Part shown: piece after piece, positions 53,510 to 61,995 of the stretch
Layout of the letters: each line of letters opens with the position of its first letter
How positions within the stretch are numbered: the stretch's first letter is position 1
Virus record (IMG/VR): IMGVR_UViG_3300043353_000042
Location: 1-64,000 of that record
Source of the DNA: a virus
Strand: one strand, 5' to 3'
DNA length: 64,000 nt
The notes under the pieces: generated by a model
Told to the model about the DNA's origin: nothing
Databases searched by the model: none
The model's input: only the letters and a program-made list of their open reading frames with translations
Translations under genes and position numbers: made by a program

Positions 53510-53913
53510 AGGTCGATCTTTCTGGTCGGCGTCAATGCGCCTATCTCGCTTGCAGTAGACTGTTTGAGCCGCACGATCCTCGCCAGCGCTTCTGCGACGG
53601 CAAATGTCGGCGTCGCGACCGAACGGTTAGAGAAGGCGGGATTCCTGCATATCTGCGACCCGATCCCGTGACCTGCGCCCGACGGAGTTGCGGGATCCAG
53701 TTTCGGCCCCGCGGGCCGGGGACTGAGCTCTGCTCACAGTGTCGACAAGACGTGAATCCGCGACACGTGACGGTGTACCTCGATGCGCGCGAGCGCGATC
53801 GCTTACTGCAGGAGTCATCTCGGCTCGGACGCAGCGTGTCATGGTGCACGAGGCAGTACATCAAGCACGGTTTGGCCGTGCTGCACTCGGAAGACAAGGT
53901 CGTGGCGGCGTGA
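53506..53913 (+). CDS. zinc-ribbon plus ribbon-helix-helix-like protein
   Basis: C..C...QRFCDGKC and C..C...CSQC. C-terminal VTVYLDARERDRLLQESSRLGRSVSWCTRQYI is RHH-like. Confidence 0.5.
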   Translation: MKVDLSGRRQCAYLACSRLFEPHDPRQRFCDGKCRRRDRTVREGGIPAYLRPDPVTCARRSCGIQFRPRGPGTELCSQCRQDVNPRHVTVYLDARERDRLLQESSRLGRSVSWCTRQYIKHGLAVLHSEDKVVAA

Positions 53914-54536
53914 ATGATCGGGACATATACGCGGGCAATTTGAAGCTCACAACCGATGAAGGCGATCATCGTTTTGCGGGCGAGCTCCGGCCCGGCGCCG
54001 TTGTCATCTACACGGGCAAAGCGCTTCGTGCGATGGGGTTGCGAACCGGCGACGCCGGGCAAGCGCGATTCGTGATTTCAGCCTGTTCGTGCGAGCTGTG
54101 TCAGCTTGGTCGTCACGTTTGCGTTGAGCGGCCCAATGGTCGCCATGTTGCTCGTGCAGCCGTGCGCGTGTTGGCAGCTGGCGAGCACTACCTCGACGAA
54201 GGCGCGCCGGATCAAACCTCGAAGGACATGGGCGACATTGGCAAGGGGCTACGGCGCGCGATCAAGCGCAACACGAAGATCAGTGTCGCGAAGCCCTCGC
54301 ACGTCGCCAAGAACTGGCGCGACTGTCGTGCGTTCGTGCGCGCGCTGCGAGCTCGTGAATACCTCGTCGACGATCGCCCTGTGATGTCCGAGGGGATATA
54401 CTGGTATCTGTACGAGCTTTGGCAGGACGGCACGCGCGCGGGCGCACTCGCCTACAAGAATCATGTCGCCCAACACGGTCAAGCAAAAGGCACTTCGTCG
54501 CATCGAAAAGGCCGTCGGCGCCACGATGCCGCGTGA
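53910..54536 (+). CDS. hypothetical protein
   Basis: GTGA overlap with the previous gene. 208 aa. Confidence 0.45.
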   Translation: MNDRDIYAGNLKLTTDEGDHRFAGELRPGAVVIYTGKALRAMGLRTGDAGQARFVISACSCELCQLGRHVCVERPNGRHVARAAVRVLAAGEHYLDEGAPDQTSKDMGDIGKGLRRAIKRNTKISVAKPSHVAKNWRDCRAFVRALRAREYLVDDRPVMSEGIYWYLYELWQDGTRAGALAYKNHVAQHGQAKGTSSHRKGRRRHDAA

Positions 54537-54660
54537 GGTCTATACGTCCATGAGTTTGCTTCGGTCGGTCGATATCGACGAACTGGCCGACTGGCTCGAA
54601 GCTGTGGCCAGCGGCAAGCCGCGCGATTCGGTATTGCCTATGGATGACTTCGAAGCCTGA
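54463..54660 (+). CDS. hypothetical protein
   Basis: 65-aa ORF. Confidence 0.4.
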   Translation: MSPNTVKQKALRRIEKAVGATMPREVYTSMSLLRSVDIDELADWLEAVASGKPRDSVLPMDDFEA

Positions 54661-55117
54661 TCCGCGAACCGTGACCGTGTTGCGCGTGCGACGCGCAATC
54701 GCGAAGCGCGTGCTCGGTGGCGGAAGTGTCTTGTGCCCATGCTGTCGCCGATGGGCGCGCATGCGCCGGGGCACGATCTCGCCGTCGATGGCGCGCACCA
54801 TCTTGAAGGCGTACGAAGCGAGCCCTCGTGAGCCGTTCCAATGCCGACAGGTCGACGCGCGCGATCACAACGGCGACTACGCCAAGCTCCGGTATTGGGG
54901 CCTCCTGAAGCGCGCCGAGAAGACCGGATGGTGGCAGCTGACGCGCCTAGGACGAGCATTCGCCCGGGGCGAGGTCGAGGTGCCTGCGAATGCACTGACG
55001 TACAAGGCGAAGCTCTTCGCGCTCGTCGGTGACCCGGTTTCGATCGCGGACTGTTTGGGCCGGTCGCGCGACTTCGAAGAGATGGTCGCGGGGTCCAAGC
55101 TGTCTGCAAAAGCCTGA
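54644..55117 (+). CDS. hypothetical protein (CPCC motif)
   Basis: 157-aa ORF. Confidence 0.5.
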   Translation: MTSKPDPRTVTVLRVRRAIAKRVLGGGSVLCPCCRRWARMRRGTISPSMARTILKAYEASPREPFQCRQVDARDHNGDYAKLRYWGLLKRAEKTGWWQLTRLGRAFARGEVEVPANALTYKAKLFALVGDPVSIADCLGRSRDFEEMVAGSKLSAKA

Positions 55118-55271
55118 TCACCGAGAACAGATTCGCAGGAGTATCGAGTCGGCGCGCCGCTGAAATATATGGGAATGTCCGTCAAAGTATGTCGACCGTG
55201 AGTGAGATCGCATCGGTTGGGGCAGCCCCGCTCACCTGTGCAAGTGATCCGGTCGGCTAAGCTCGGAACGC

Positions 55272-55640
55272 GTGTCGCGTCGCACGAATCTGAATGGTGA
55301 CATTACGCTCGCGGTCGCAGCGATTGCGGCCGAGTTCGGCGTCGACGCCGACACTGCGCCGCCTTCGGTTGCGGGCATCCTGCGAGCCTTCAGTGCGGCC
55401 CACTACAATGCGGGCGTGCGCGACACGATGGTGCGGTTCGCCAAGAACAAGGCTCACAGGCTGAACGAGCCCGTGCCTTCGTCGACTGATCCGACTCCGT
55501 CGGTCGGGATTCATGGTCGGCGCGCGCGGTCGAGCCGACCACCGGCGGCCGACACCGTGCCATTGAGCAAGCGTCCGACACCGCTTGTTCCGCCGCCGCA
55601 CGGCGTCAGCGACGACGAAGCCGACAAGCGCAAGCGTTAG
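55272..55640 (+). CDS. hypothetical protein
   Basis: 122-aa ORF with GTG start. Pro/Ser-rich C-terminal half. Confidence 0.35.
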   Translation: MSRRTNLNGDITLAVAAIAAEFGVDADTAPPSVAGILRAFSAAHYNAGVRDTMVRFAKNKAHRLNEPVPSSTDPTPSVGIHGRRARSSRPPAADTVPLSKRPTPLVPPPHGVSDDEADKRKR

Positions 55641-55887
55641 ATTCAGCGACGGGCCGCGGCTCGCGGTATTCCTGATCGTGATCGACATCGAACGTCAGTT
55701 CCGCTTGTACGAGCGGAGGTGCGGCGAGTGCGGGCGCTTTTGGGCCTGCGAATTTGAACACGTCGGCGTTTGCCCGATGTGCGCGCAACGCTTGGTCAAC
55801 GAGGCCAATCGCGAGCGCGCAAAATTGCAAAGGGCCGTGAACGCGCTTCGTGGCGCGCGCACACGGAAGAAGAACCATGTCAGTTAG
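55585..55887 (+). CDS. zinc-ribbon protein (start uncertain)
   Basis: CGECGRFWACEFEHVGVCPMC. Possible GTG start near 55678. Confidence 0.35.
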   Translation: MFRRRTASATTKPTSASVRFSDGPRLAVFLIVIDIERQFRLYERRCGECGRFWACEFEHVGVCPMCAQRLVNEANRERAKLQRAVNALRGARTRKKNHVS

Positions 55888-56089
55888 AAAACCAAGCTGT
55901 GAGTGTTGCGGCCGAGTGCGTCGTGACTTCGTGACCGTCGCGAAGTGCGAGCACTGCCGAAAGCATGTTTGCGCCGAAGCGTATTGTCGGATTCCGCATG
56001 ATGCGAAGACGTGCGGCGACGCGCTTCGGAACTTCAGCGAGCGACGAAAAGCGGTCGAGGTTGTCGAGTGCTCGCCCAACGCTTCGTAG
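55877..56089 (+). CDS. Cys-rich small protein
   Basis: ATG 55877. CECCG...CEHC...C...C. Confidence 0.4.
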   Translation: MSVRKPSCECCGRVRRDFVTVAKCEHCRKHVCAEAYCRIPHDAKTCGDALRNFSERRKAVEVVECSPNAS

Positions 56090-56280
56090 CGCTGTGCGAT
56101 GCGCCCGGCTGCAAGGCGAAGACGCGCGCGCTCGTGATCTTCCGCATGAAGCCGGCGCTTGCCGGCTTACAACATCCGATCGCGCTTGAGCCGTTGAAAG
56201 TTGTTTTGCCTGATGGGTGGTCGTGGGGATGGGTGAGCGAGAAGTCAGCGACGCAAATCTTCTGTAGGCGCCACGGGTGA
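56068..56280 (+). CDS. hypothetical small protein
   Basis: GTG 56068 in ORF 56011..56280. Confidence 0.35.
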   Translation: MLAQRFVALCDAPGCKAKTRALVIFRMKPALAGLQHPIALEPLKVVLPDGWSWGWVSEKSATQIFCRRHG

Positions 56281-56286
56281 AAGGAA

Positions 56287-56586
56287 ATGACCATGTCAAC
56301 AAGAAACGAAGAACTCTTTCAGGTGCAGCTCGGCTTACTGGTCGAGGCAGGCGGCCGAGTGCAAACGGCGGTCGGCAAGGTGTTTCATTGGGGCCTAAGC
56401 GCCACCGACGTCGCAAGCGGTCAGTCGAACCGTGAGGCCCTCTTGCACGACCTCGACGACCTGAAGGTCGCGGTCAGGCGCATCGAAACCGTGCTTGCTC
56501 CGACCAGCGTGACGTTCAACCCGGCGAGCGGGCTTCCGACGCCCGAAGCCACGGCCGTCGAAGTGGCGCCCGCCAATGGGCAGTAG
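56287..56586 (+). CDS. hypothetical protein
   Basis: 99-aa ORF preceded by GAAAGGAA. Confidence 0.45.
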   Translation: MTMSTRNEELFQVQLGLLVEAGGRVQTAVGKVFHWGLSATDVASGQSNREALLHDLDDLKVAVRRIETVLAPTSVTFNPASGLPTPEATAVEVAPANGQ

Positions 56587-56821
56587 GCGCCCGCAAAGCG
56601 CCTCCGAACAGGACACGCGGACTGTGGCCGAATTGACGGGCGACACCGAACCGCCACAGGTCGACGAGACTGCGCGTCAGCGGGTCGCCTTGCTGACGGG
56701 CAAGGCCGCACTCGACGCGCGCGAAGCCAAATATCGGCAGCTCGTCGTGCTGTACGGTGGCAACCGGCGAGCCAAGCGCCGGGCCCGTGCCGAAGTACGA
56801 AAACGCGGCACAGCGGGTTAG
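56576..56821 (+). CDS. hypothetical protein
   Basis: 81-aa ORF. Confidence 0.4.
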   Translation: MGSRRPQSASEQDTRTVAELTGDTEPPQVDETARQRVALLTGKAALDAREAKYRQLVVLYGGNRRAKRRARAEVRKRGTAG

Positions 56822-56926
56822 CGGCCCGCTGCCGTGCGGTCGTCGTGCGAGATCTGAGTCACAAGCCATCAGGCGCAACGCCGACGGTCGACAGCATACA
56901 CTGAAGGCAACAAGGAGGCGCATCAC

Positions 56927-57094
56927 ATGCACATCGATACGACCGTGGCCGGAACCTGCATCGTTGCACTCGCGATCGTCGCGCACGCTTGGCACGGGCG
57001 CATGCTCGGCAGTCCGCGCGTATTGAGCGTGATCGGATGGGTCGTCAACGTTCTCGCGTTGCTGGCGCTCGCAGCTTGTTGGATTCGGCACTAG
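56927..57094 (+). CDS. 55-aa two-TM membrane protein (below the ORF-track cutoff)
   Basis: AAGGAGG 7 nt upstream of the ATG. Sequence MHIDTTVAGTCIVALAIVAHAWHGRMLGSPRVLSVIGWVVNVLALLALAACWIRH. Confidence 0.4.
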   Translation: MHIDTTVAGTCIVALAIVAHAWHGRMLGSPRVLSVIGWVVNVLALLALAACWIRH

Positions 57095-57218
57095 AGTTTC
57101 TCATATCGCCCCGGGGCTTGAGACTTTCGGCGGTGTCGTGCGCGTTCCTTCCGACGCGCGGCGATCACAACCGAAGCGACAACGCCCCGGACTGTCTCGT
57201 CCCGGGGCGCCTGTTGTT

Positions 57219-57620
57219 TCAGCCTGCGTTCTCGCACTCGGGTCCGAGTCCGAGCTCGATAGACCGAGGCACGGTCAGCTTGCGGCCACAGCGCCCGCAA
57301 CGACCTTCGTGATGCACGCTGGCGTTGGTGAGCGTGTCAGCGAGGATCCGGCCGAAGGCCCATGCGAAGGCGCGCGCGCTCGGTGCTTCTTCGCCGATGT
57401 GCGACTTCGCGCTGTGCTTGAAGCGCGTGCCACCGAAGACGGTACCCAAGAAGGTGAAGTCGTTCTCGTTGTCCGAGCCGGTCAGCACCGACACGAAGTG
57501 CAGGGTCGAGCCGCCGTCGACTTCCTTCGCGCGGATCTTGTAAGTGAACCGCGTGCCCGTCTTGGCGGACACGATTGTGAAGGTGGCGTTTCCTGCGAGA
57601 ATGAATCGGCGTACATCCAT
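57219..57620 (-). CDS. DUF6011-like protein
   Basis: C-terminal GRCGRCGRKLTVPRSIELGLGPEC. Leaderless start 6 nt after the M1 hexamer. Confidence 0.6.
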   Translation of the reverse strand: MDVRRFILAGNATFTIVSAKTGTRFTYKIRAKEVDGGSTLHFVSVLTGSDNENDFTFLGTVFGGTRFKHSAKSHIGEEAPSARAFAWAFGRILADTLTNASVHHEGRCGRCGRKLTVPRSIELGLGPECENAG

Positions 57621-57626
57621 GCTAAT

Positions 57627-57664
57627 AAACTAGCATGCGTTCGCTTCAACGCAACAACTTTTTG
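57627..57664 (-). promoter_or_regulatory. promoter cassette class I on minus strand (M1), leaderless type
   Basis: Minus-strand reading: AAAAAGTTGTTGCGTTGAAGCGAACGCATGCTAGTTT, then ATTAGC, then ATG. Confidence 0.6.
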
Positions 57665-57665
57665 C

Positions 57666-57959
57666 CTAGTCTTCCATGCGGCACAGGTCGAACCAAATTC
57701 CGATGGAGATCCAAGGGCGACCTTCGGGCGGCGCAGTCCACAGGCCAGCCTTGTCGGCGCGAACGAGGATCGTTTCTCGGTCGAGGTGCGGATAGTGTCG
57801 GGCGCAGTGCTTCGCCACAAAGGCGGCCGGGTCGACTGGTGGCACGGTCGTGTCGGCGGGGGCGAAGCCATCGCGCGACAGCCATTCGGTCAGGGCTTCG
57901 GCGTGGTCGGAGATCAGGTAACCGCGAAGGATGCACTCAAGGGCGACGTTCGGATCCAT
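57666..57959 (-). CDS. hypothetical protein
   Basis: 97-aa ORF. Confidence 0.5.
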   Translation of the reverse strand: MDPNVALECILRGYLISDHAEALTEWLSRDGFAPADTTVPPVDPAAFVAKHCARHYPHLDRETILVRADKAGLWTAPPEGRPWISIGIWFDLCRMED

Positions 57960-57980
57960 GGGCGCGCTTCTTACCAGGTT

Positions 57981-58145
57981 TCACGCGCCGGATGATAGAT
58001 GGCCTCGTGTCGTCAGCTCGTTCCGGATGTCGGCAATCAGCCCGGTATAGTACCGACGCAAGTTCGGGTGATCGAAAAACTCCAAAAGAACAAGAAGCTT
58101 CTCGGTCGGCGTGTCGCGAATGTGGGCGTACAGCTTTGCAGGCAC
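57981..58145 (-). CDS. possible 54-aa ORF (below the track cutoff)
   Basis: GTG start. Sequence VPAKLYAHIRDTPTEKLLVLLEFFDHPNLRRYYTGLIADIRNELTTRGHLSSGA. Fills an otherwise empty gap. No clear Shine-Dalgarno sequence. Confidence 0.25.
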   Translation of the reverse strand: MPAKLYAHIRDTPTEKLLVLLEFFDHPNLRRYYTGLIADIRNELTTRGHLSSGA

Positions 58146-58158
58146 AGGATCAAGACTT

Positions 58159-58335
58159 CTACGACGAGGTCGTTTGTTCTTCGCGCTTCCAACGCTCGCG
58201 GGCTTTCGCCATGCCGCCGAGCGCGCGGATTTGGTCGTATCGTTCGCCCGGACCTACTGCGCGGTCGAGAAAGGCTTGCCACTCCGAGTCGAGCGTTCCG
58301 TGTGCGGCGTGCATCGGGACGGTCGGCTTTTCCAT
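58159..58335 (-). CDS. small protein with WQAFLD...GERY.QIRALGG module
   Basis: ATG 58335 downstream of M2. Resembles the C-terminus of the 42584..42961 product. Confidence 0.45.
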   Translation of the reverse strand: MEKPTVPMHAAHGTLDSEWQAFLDRAVGPGERYDQIRALGGMAKARERWKREEQTTSS

Positions 58336-58343
58336 GGGAAGCG

Positions 58344-58375
58344 ACCTTATCCGGTTCGCTTCAACGTGCAAAAGA
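58344..58375 (-). promoter_or_regulatory. promoter cassette class II (M2)
   Basis: Minus-strand reading: CTTTTGCACGTTGAAGCGAACCGGATAAGGT, then 8 nt, then ATG. Confidence 0.45.
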
Positions 58376-58398
58376 TATGAGTGAAGCAACTTCGCGAA

Positions 58399-58872
58399 TT
58401 ACTCGCCGAAGTCGGGCGTCACGGCTCGATGGTGCTCGTACTTTACGCCGTCGATGTCGAGCGTAAGGTGTGGATCTGTTAGGCCGTTTCCACCAGTGAA
58501 CGTGAAGCCGAGATCCTTTGTCTCACCTTTCGCGATATCGACGAAGTGATCGACAAAAGCGGGGCCTGGATCTTCGTCTTCGAAGATCGTGTCGAGGTTG
58601 TCGGAGTCGCGATCAGGCCTGTACTTCTGATCATCTGTATTCAACAGGTATACATCAGCGGCCTTCAGCCGAACTGACTTCGGGCCGTTGTTGTGACAGC
58701 TCAAGCGGACGGCGATCACGATCGCGACGCTATCTTCGTCAGGCGCTTCCCACTGCTTCAGCTCGACGATCGTACATGCGAAAGCATCTTTCGCGGTCTT
58801 CGGTGGCTTGGCGTGCGCGGCGCTCGCGGTCAGGAGTAGAGCGGCGACCAGCGTGGCGAAAATCGGCTTCAT
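58399..58872 (-). CDS. secreted protein (cleavable signal peptide)
   Basis: MKPIFATLVAALLLTASAAHA followed by a beta-rich sequence. Confidence 0.6.
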   Translation of the reverse strand: MKPIFATLVAALLLTASAAHAKPPKTAKDAFACTIVELKQWEAPDEDSVAIVIAVRLSCHNNGPKSVRLKAADVYLLNTDDQKYRPDRDSDNLDTIFEDEDPGPAFVDHFVDIAKGETKDLGFTFTGGNGLTDPHLTLDIDGVKYEHHRAVTPDFGE

Positions 58873-59231
58873 TTGAGCCAGACTTGTGACGACGTCGTCT
58901 CGCCGCCGCTGTCGATTTGCTCGAACGTGGTCGACCCATCGGTCTTAGGCGTCCAGGTCTGTGTGGTCGAGCCGCACTTGCCGTCACACGGCTCGCACAC
59001 GACGACGAGTTGTCCGTCTTCGCACATGACCTGCACTTGCTCACGGCTGCAATCGGCGTTTCGCCAATCCCACAGCGCGACCGGGGACACGGCGTCGGCG
59101 CTGTCTGTGCGCACTTCGTAGAGTGCGTCGATGTCGTAGGGGCATTTCGCGTTGCTCTGGGCGTCGTTAGTGCCCGGACATCCAGAGAGACACGCCACCA
59201 AGAGAACCAACGTTGCTAACTTCGTTTTCAT
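58869..59231 (-). CDS. lipoprotein
   Basis: MKTKLATLVLLVACLSGC lipobox. Several paired Cys residues. Confidence 0.65.
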   Translation of the reverse strand: MKTKLATLVLLVACLSGCPGTNDAQSNAKCPYDIDALYEVRTDSADAVSPVALWDWRNADCSREQVQVMCEDGQLVVVCEPCDGKCGSTTQTWTPKTDGSTTFEQIDSGGETTSSQVWLK

Positions 59232-59256
59232 ACTGCTTTCGTCACGCCTTTCATTA

Positions 59257-59292
59257 TCAAGTATCGGTGCTTCGCTTCAACTTCTCAAGTTG
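59257..59292 (-). promoter_or_regulatory. divergent promoter-cassette copy (M3)
   Basis: Minus-strand reading: CTTGAGAAGTTGAAGCGAAGCACCGATACTTG. Leader with GAAAGG precedes ATG 59231. Confidence 0.35.
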
Positions 59293-59310
59293 ACCGTTAT
59301 CGATTCGTGG

Positions 59311-59547
59311 TCAGATGTAGTCGCGTTCCGTGCGGAGTGATGCCGCACTGTCGGCGCGGCCCTCGTACTCTTCATCACGAAGCCATGCGTCGATCAGATT
59401 GCTCGCTTCGTCGCGTAATGCTTCGATCATTTGGTCCGACGGTTCGAGCGTGCCGGTTTCAACGAGGATTGTGCGTGTCTGCGTCAGTGTAGGGCGCTTG
59501 GGGTACACGCGGTCACACAGGGCCGCGACCGTCTGGCTGAAAGTCAC
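59311..59547 (-). CDS. hypothetical protein
   Basis: GTGA overlap with the upstream gene. 78 aa. Confidence 0.45.
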   Translation of the reverse strand: MTFSQTVAALCDRVYPKRPTLTQTRTILVETGTLEPSDQMIEALRDEASNLIDAWLRDEEYEGRADSAASLRTERDYI

Positions 59548-59789
59548 GACTTCACCTCGACGAGGTAGGCGCCGATTCCCGCGCGCTGGCTCGGGACGCA
59601 GTAGCCGCCGCGGTCTTCGGCTGTGCCCACGTAGCCGCCGATATGCTCGGTGCCGTCTTCGTCGAGCGCGACTTCCCACGTGCGGCCGAAGTCGCTGTCG
59701 CGCATTGCGATCACGGTGCCGACGCGGTCGGCCGAGCAAATGGGATTCCAAAATATCACGCGGTCACCAATGTTTGGTTTCGTTTTCAT
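59544..59789 (-). CDS. hypothetical protein
   Basis: 81-aa ORF. ATG lies 6 nt after the M4 hexamer. Confidence 0.55.
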   Translation of the reverse strand: MKTKPNIGDRVIFWNPICSADRVGTVIAMRDSDFGRTWEVALDEDGTEHIGGYVGTAEDRGGYCVPSQRAGIGAYLVEVKS

Positions 59790-60060
59790 GCAGTGAATCT
59801 AGCTGAATCGCTTCAACGTGCAAGTTTTTTGTGCAAACTTCTTCGAGTTCTCGTAACTGTTCGAAATCTGCCGGGTCGGCGTCGGCGCGCAGCGTCGGGC
59901 CTTCGTCGAGCGAAGGGCCCGGGCCGACGCGCCAATGCGTTCGGGTGCCGTCTTCGTTCGGACCCCAACCCAAGAGACACGCGCCCGATACGGGGGCGCT
60001 GGCGCGAACACAAGTCATCTCTCGCAAGCGTGCCCGGATTCGTTCGCGCCGTTCGTTCAT
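59764..60060 (-). CDS. hypothetical protein (5' extent uncertain; 3' end overlaps M4)
   Basis: ATG 60060 within ORF 59764..60468. Reads through the M4 cassette. Confidence 0.35.
   Translation of the reverse strand: MNERRERIRARLREMTCVRASAPVSGACLLGWGPNEDGTRTHWRVGPGPSLDEGPTLRADADPADFEQLRELEEVCTKNLHVEAIQLDSLHENETKHW
59796..59830 (-). promoter_or_regulatory. promoter cassette class II (M4), leaderless type
   Basis: Minus-strand reading: AAAAAACTTGCACGTTGAAGCGATTCAGCTAGATT, then CACTGC, then ATG. Confidence 0.55.
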
Positions 60061-60269
60061 CAGGTGTAGGCCTTCTTCGCGAATCGCAGTCGCGCGCGGA
60101 AAGCCGCGGCGCACTGCGAGAACCAACTTCACGCGTGATCGACGTCTTTCCCCAGGTACCGAGACGTCGACCGGTGCGCCTAGCGCATCTCGATTGTATC
60201 GGTCCGACGCCGTAAGCCGCGATGGGTTCCGTTCGCCCGCTCGCAACGGCACACGTGTCGTTGGCGCGA

Positions 60270-60518
60270 CTACCGAAAAAAGTCGAGCAAATCGCCATGG
60301 CCCGGCGCCTGCACGACGCAGTACGGAGTGCGGCGATTGCCACATTGGCAGGGCGGGGCGAGCAAACCTCGCAACATTCGGTACGCGAACGGAAGGGAAG
60401 TCGTGAGCACCGCTCCGCAGAACCTGCACGGATGGCTGAATGGCTCGATGTCGTAGCGAGTCGCCCATCGCGCGGCGTCCATGCCGACAACGACTAGAAA
60501 GTGCTCGCGGTCCAACAT
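60270..60518 (-). CDS. Cys-containing hypothetical protein
   Basis: ATG 60518 within ORF 60270..60560. CRFCG...CQCG. Confidence 0.4.
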   Translation of the reverse strand: MLDREHFLVVVGMDAARWATRYDIEPFSHPCRFCGAVLTTSLPFAYRMLRGLLAPPCQCGNRRTPYCVVQAPGHGDLLDFFR

Positions 60519-60522
60519 TGCT

Positions 60523-60732
60523 TTAGCGTAGCCGGTAAGCAACTTCGTGAGCGAGCACAACCGAGTGAGCGCCGGTCTGCAAGTTGACGCAAGCGAAGAC
60601 GAATCCGGCGACGTTCTCGTCCACGTGCTGCACGCGGTGAGTCGCGCATGCGCCGCCGTTGACGGCGATGACTTGGCCGGCCTTGATCGGGCCGAAGTTT
60701 GGGTCGAGCGGATAGAATCGGAGTTGTTCCAT
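60523..60732 (-). CDS. hypothetical protein
   Basis: 69-aa ORF. ATG lies 6 nt after the M5 hexamer. Confidence 0.55.
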   Translation of the reverse strand: MEQLRFYPLDPNFGPIKAGQVIAVNGGACATHRVQHVDENVAGFVFACVNLQTGAHSVVLAHEVAYRLR

Positions 60733-60738
60733 GCATTG

Positions 60739-60773
60739 AATCTAGCTCGTTCGCTTCAACGTGCAATGTTTTT
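60739..60773 (-). promoter_or_regulatory. promoter cassette class II (M5), leaderless type
   Basis: Minus-strand reading: AAAAACATTGCACGTTGAAGCGAACGAGCTAGATT, then CAATGC, then ATG. Confidence 0.55.
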
Positions 60774-60841
60774 CGATATAGAGTTATCCGACGATGGCGG
60801 ATCGCCAGCGATGGTCAGCGCATCCGGCTACCTACCAAAGC

Positions 60842-61171
60842 ATGAGCAACGGGCCAAAGTTCGCCATCGTCGAAGCGCGCATCAATGCGCGAAACCGGTC
60901 AGCGGTCGAAGACTTCGCCAGATTGGCGGGCATCTCGACCGAGCGGAAACTCAAACCGGCCGAGTCGAAGCGCTTCGCCCGGCTACAGACGCAGCTCATG
61001 CGCACCGGTGTGGTCGTACCGCTGACAAAGCAGGTCGTCACCCAACACGCGCGCGTTCTGTATCACTCGCTGCCATGGTGGAAGAAGCTTTCGCTTCGGG
61101 CGCGCTACTACCTGCGTTCGGTGCGCAACCGGGTTGAGGTGCTTCGGCTTCGTATCCGGTTGCGCTCATGA
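60842..61171 (+). CDS. hypothetical protein, possible regulator
   Basis: ATG 60842, divergent from M5. 109 aa, basic C-terminus. Confidence 0.45.
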   Translation: MSNGPKFAIVEARINARNRSAVEDFARLAGISTERKLKPAESKRFARLQTQLMRTGVVVPLTKQVVTQHARVLYHSLPWWKKLSLRARYYLRSVRNRVEVLRLRIRLRS

Positions 61172-61461
61172 ACGACGAGCATGACGAGCCACTTGGCCGG
61201 CGCTTGCTCGGTTTCCTCCTGCATCGGCCTCGACGAACGCTCGTACTTGCGATCGCGACGGGCATGGCGGTCGCACAGGGGCTTGTCGACCGGAAGCGGA
61301 AGGACGTTCTGTTGACGCTGTCGCGCGAGCACGCGCTTTGCGATCGCGCGGCGACCGTCATTCTTGAACATTGGGCGCGCTACTCGAAGATCGGCGGCGT
61401 CGACGAGGCCGACTTCGCTCAAATGCTCGACCAGATCACCGCGATCGCGAGAGAACAATGA
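61168..61461 (+). CDS. hypothetical protein
   Basis: 97 aa, ATGA-coupled. One hydrophobic segment LVLAIATGMAVAQGL. Confidence 0.45.
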   Translation: MNDEHDEPLGRRLLGFLLHRPRRTLVLAIATGMAVAQGLVDRKRKDVLLTLSREHALCDRAATVILEHWARYSKIGGVDEADFAQMLDQITAIAREQ

Positions 61462-61985
61462 TTCGGCAAGCACACATCGAAGGCGAGAATCGCTTTTGGC
61501 TCCTGCGCGATTGGACCCATGGCGACCGGTGTGCGAAAACGCTTACTTTCGTGATGCTGAACCCGTCCACAGCCGACGGCAAACTAGACGATCCCACGAT
61601 CAGAAAGTGCGTTGGTTTTGCCACGAAGCTCGGATATGGGCGCATGTACGTCGTGAACCTGTTTTCGAAGCGCGCGACTGACCCGATCGAGCTTCGCTTC
61701 GGCGTCGGTCGGTGGATGACGAACCTGATGTGCCTCCGCACGCGCCTGCTGACCTCCGAGCGGGTCGTATTCGCATGGGGAGCATCGGTCATGCAGGCGC
61801 AACCTGACCCGCGTGGCCGGGCGCTGCGAGGCCTTGCCGACATCGTCGGCGAGAACAAGATCGCTCCGATGTGTTTGGGCATCTCGAAGAGCGGGCATCC
61901 GCGGCACCCGCTGATGCTGCCCTACAGCACGCGCCTCGAACTGTGGAAGGGCTACAACGAGCCCGAGTGGGCCTTCTTGAAATAG
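61458..61985 (+). CDS. DUF1643-like protein
   Basis: FVMLNPSTADGKLDDPTIRKCVGFA...GYGRMYVVNLF...VVFAWGA...GHPRHPLMLP. Confidence 0.6.
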   Translation: MIRQAHIEGENRFWLLRDWTHGDRCAKTLTFVMLNPSTADGKLDDPTIRKCVGFATKLGYGRMYVVNLFSKRATDPIELRFGVGRWMTNLMCLRTRLLTSERVVFAWGASVMQAQPDPRGRALRGLADIVGENKIAPMCLGISKSGHPRHPLMLPYSTRLELWKGYNEPEWAFLK

Positions 61986-61995
61986 CCTAAGGGGC

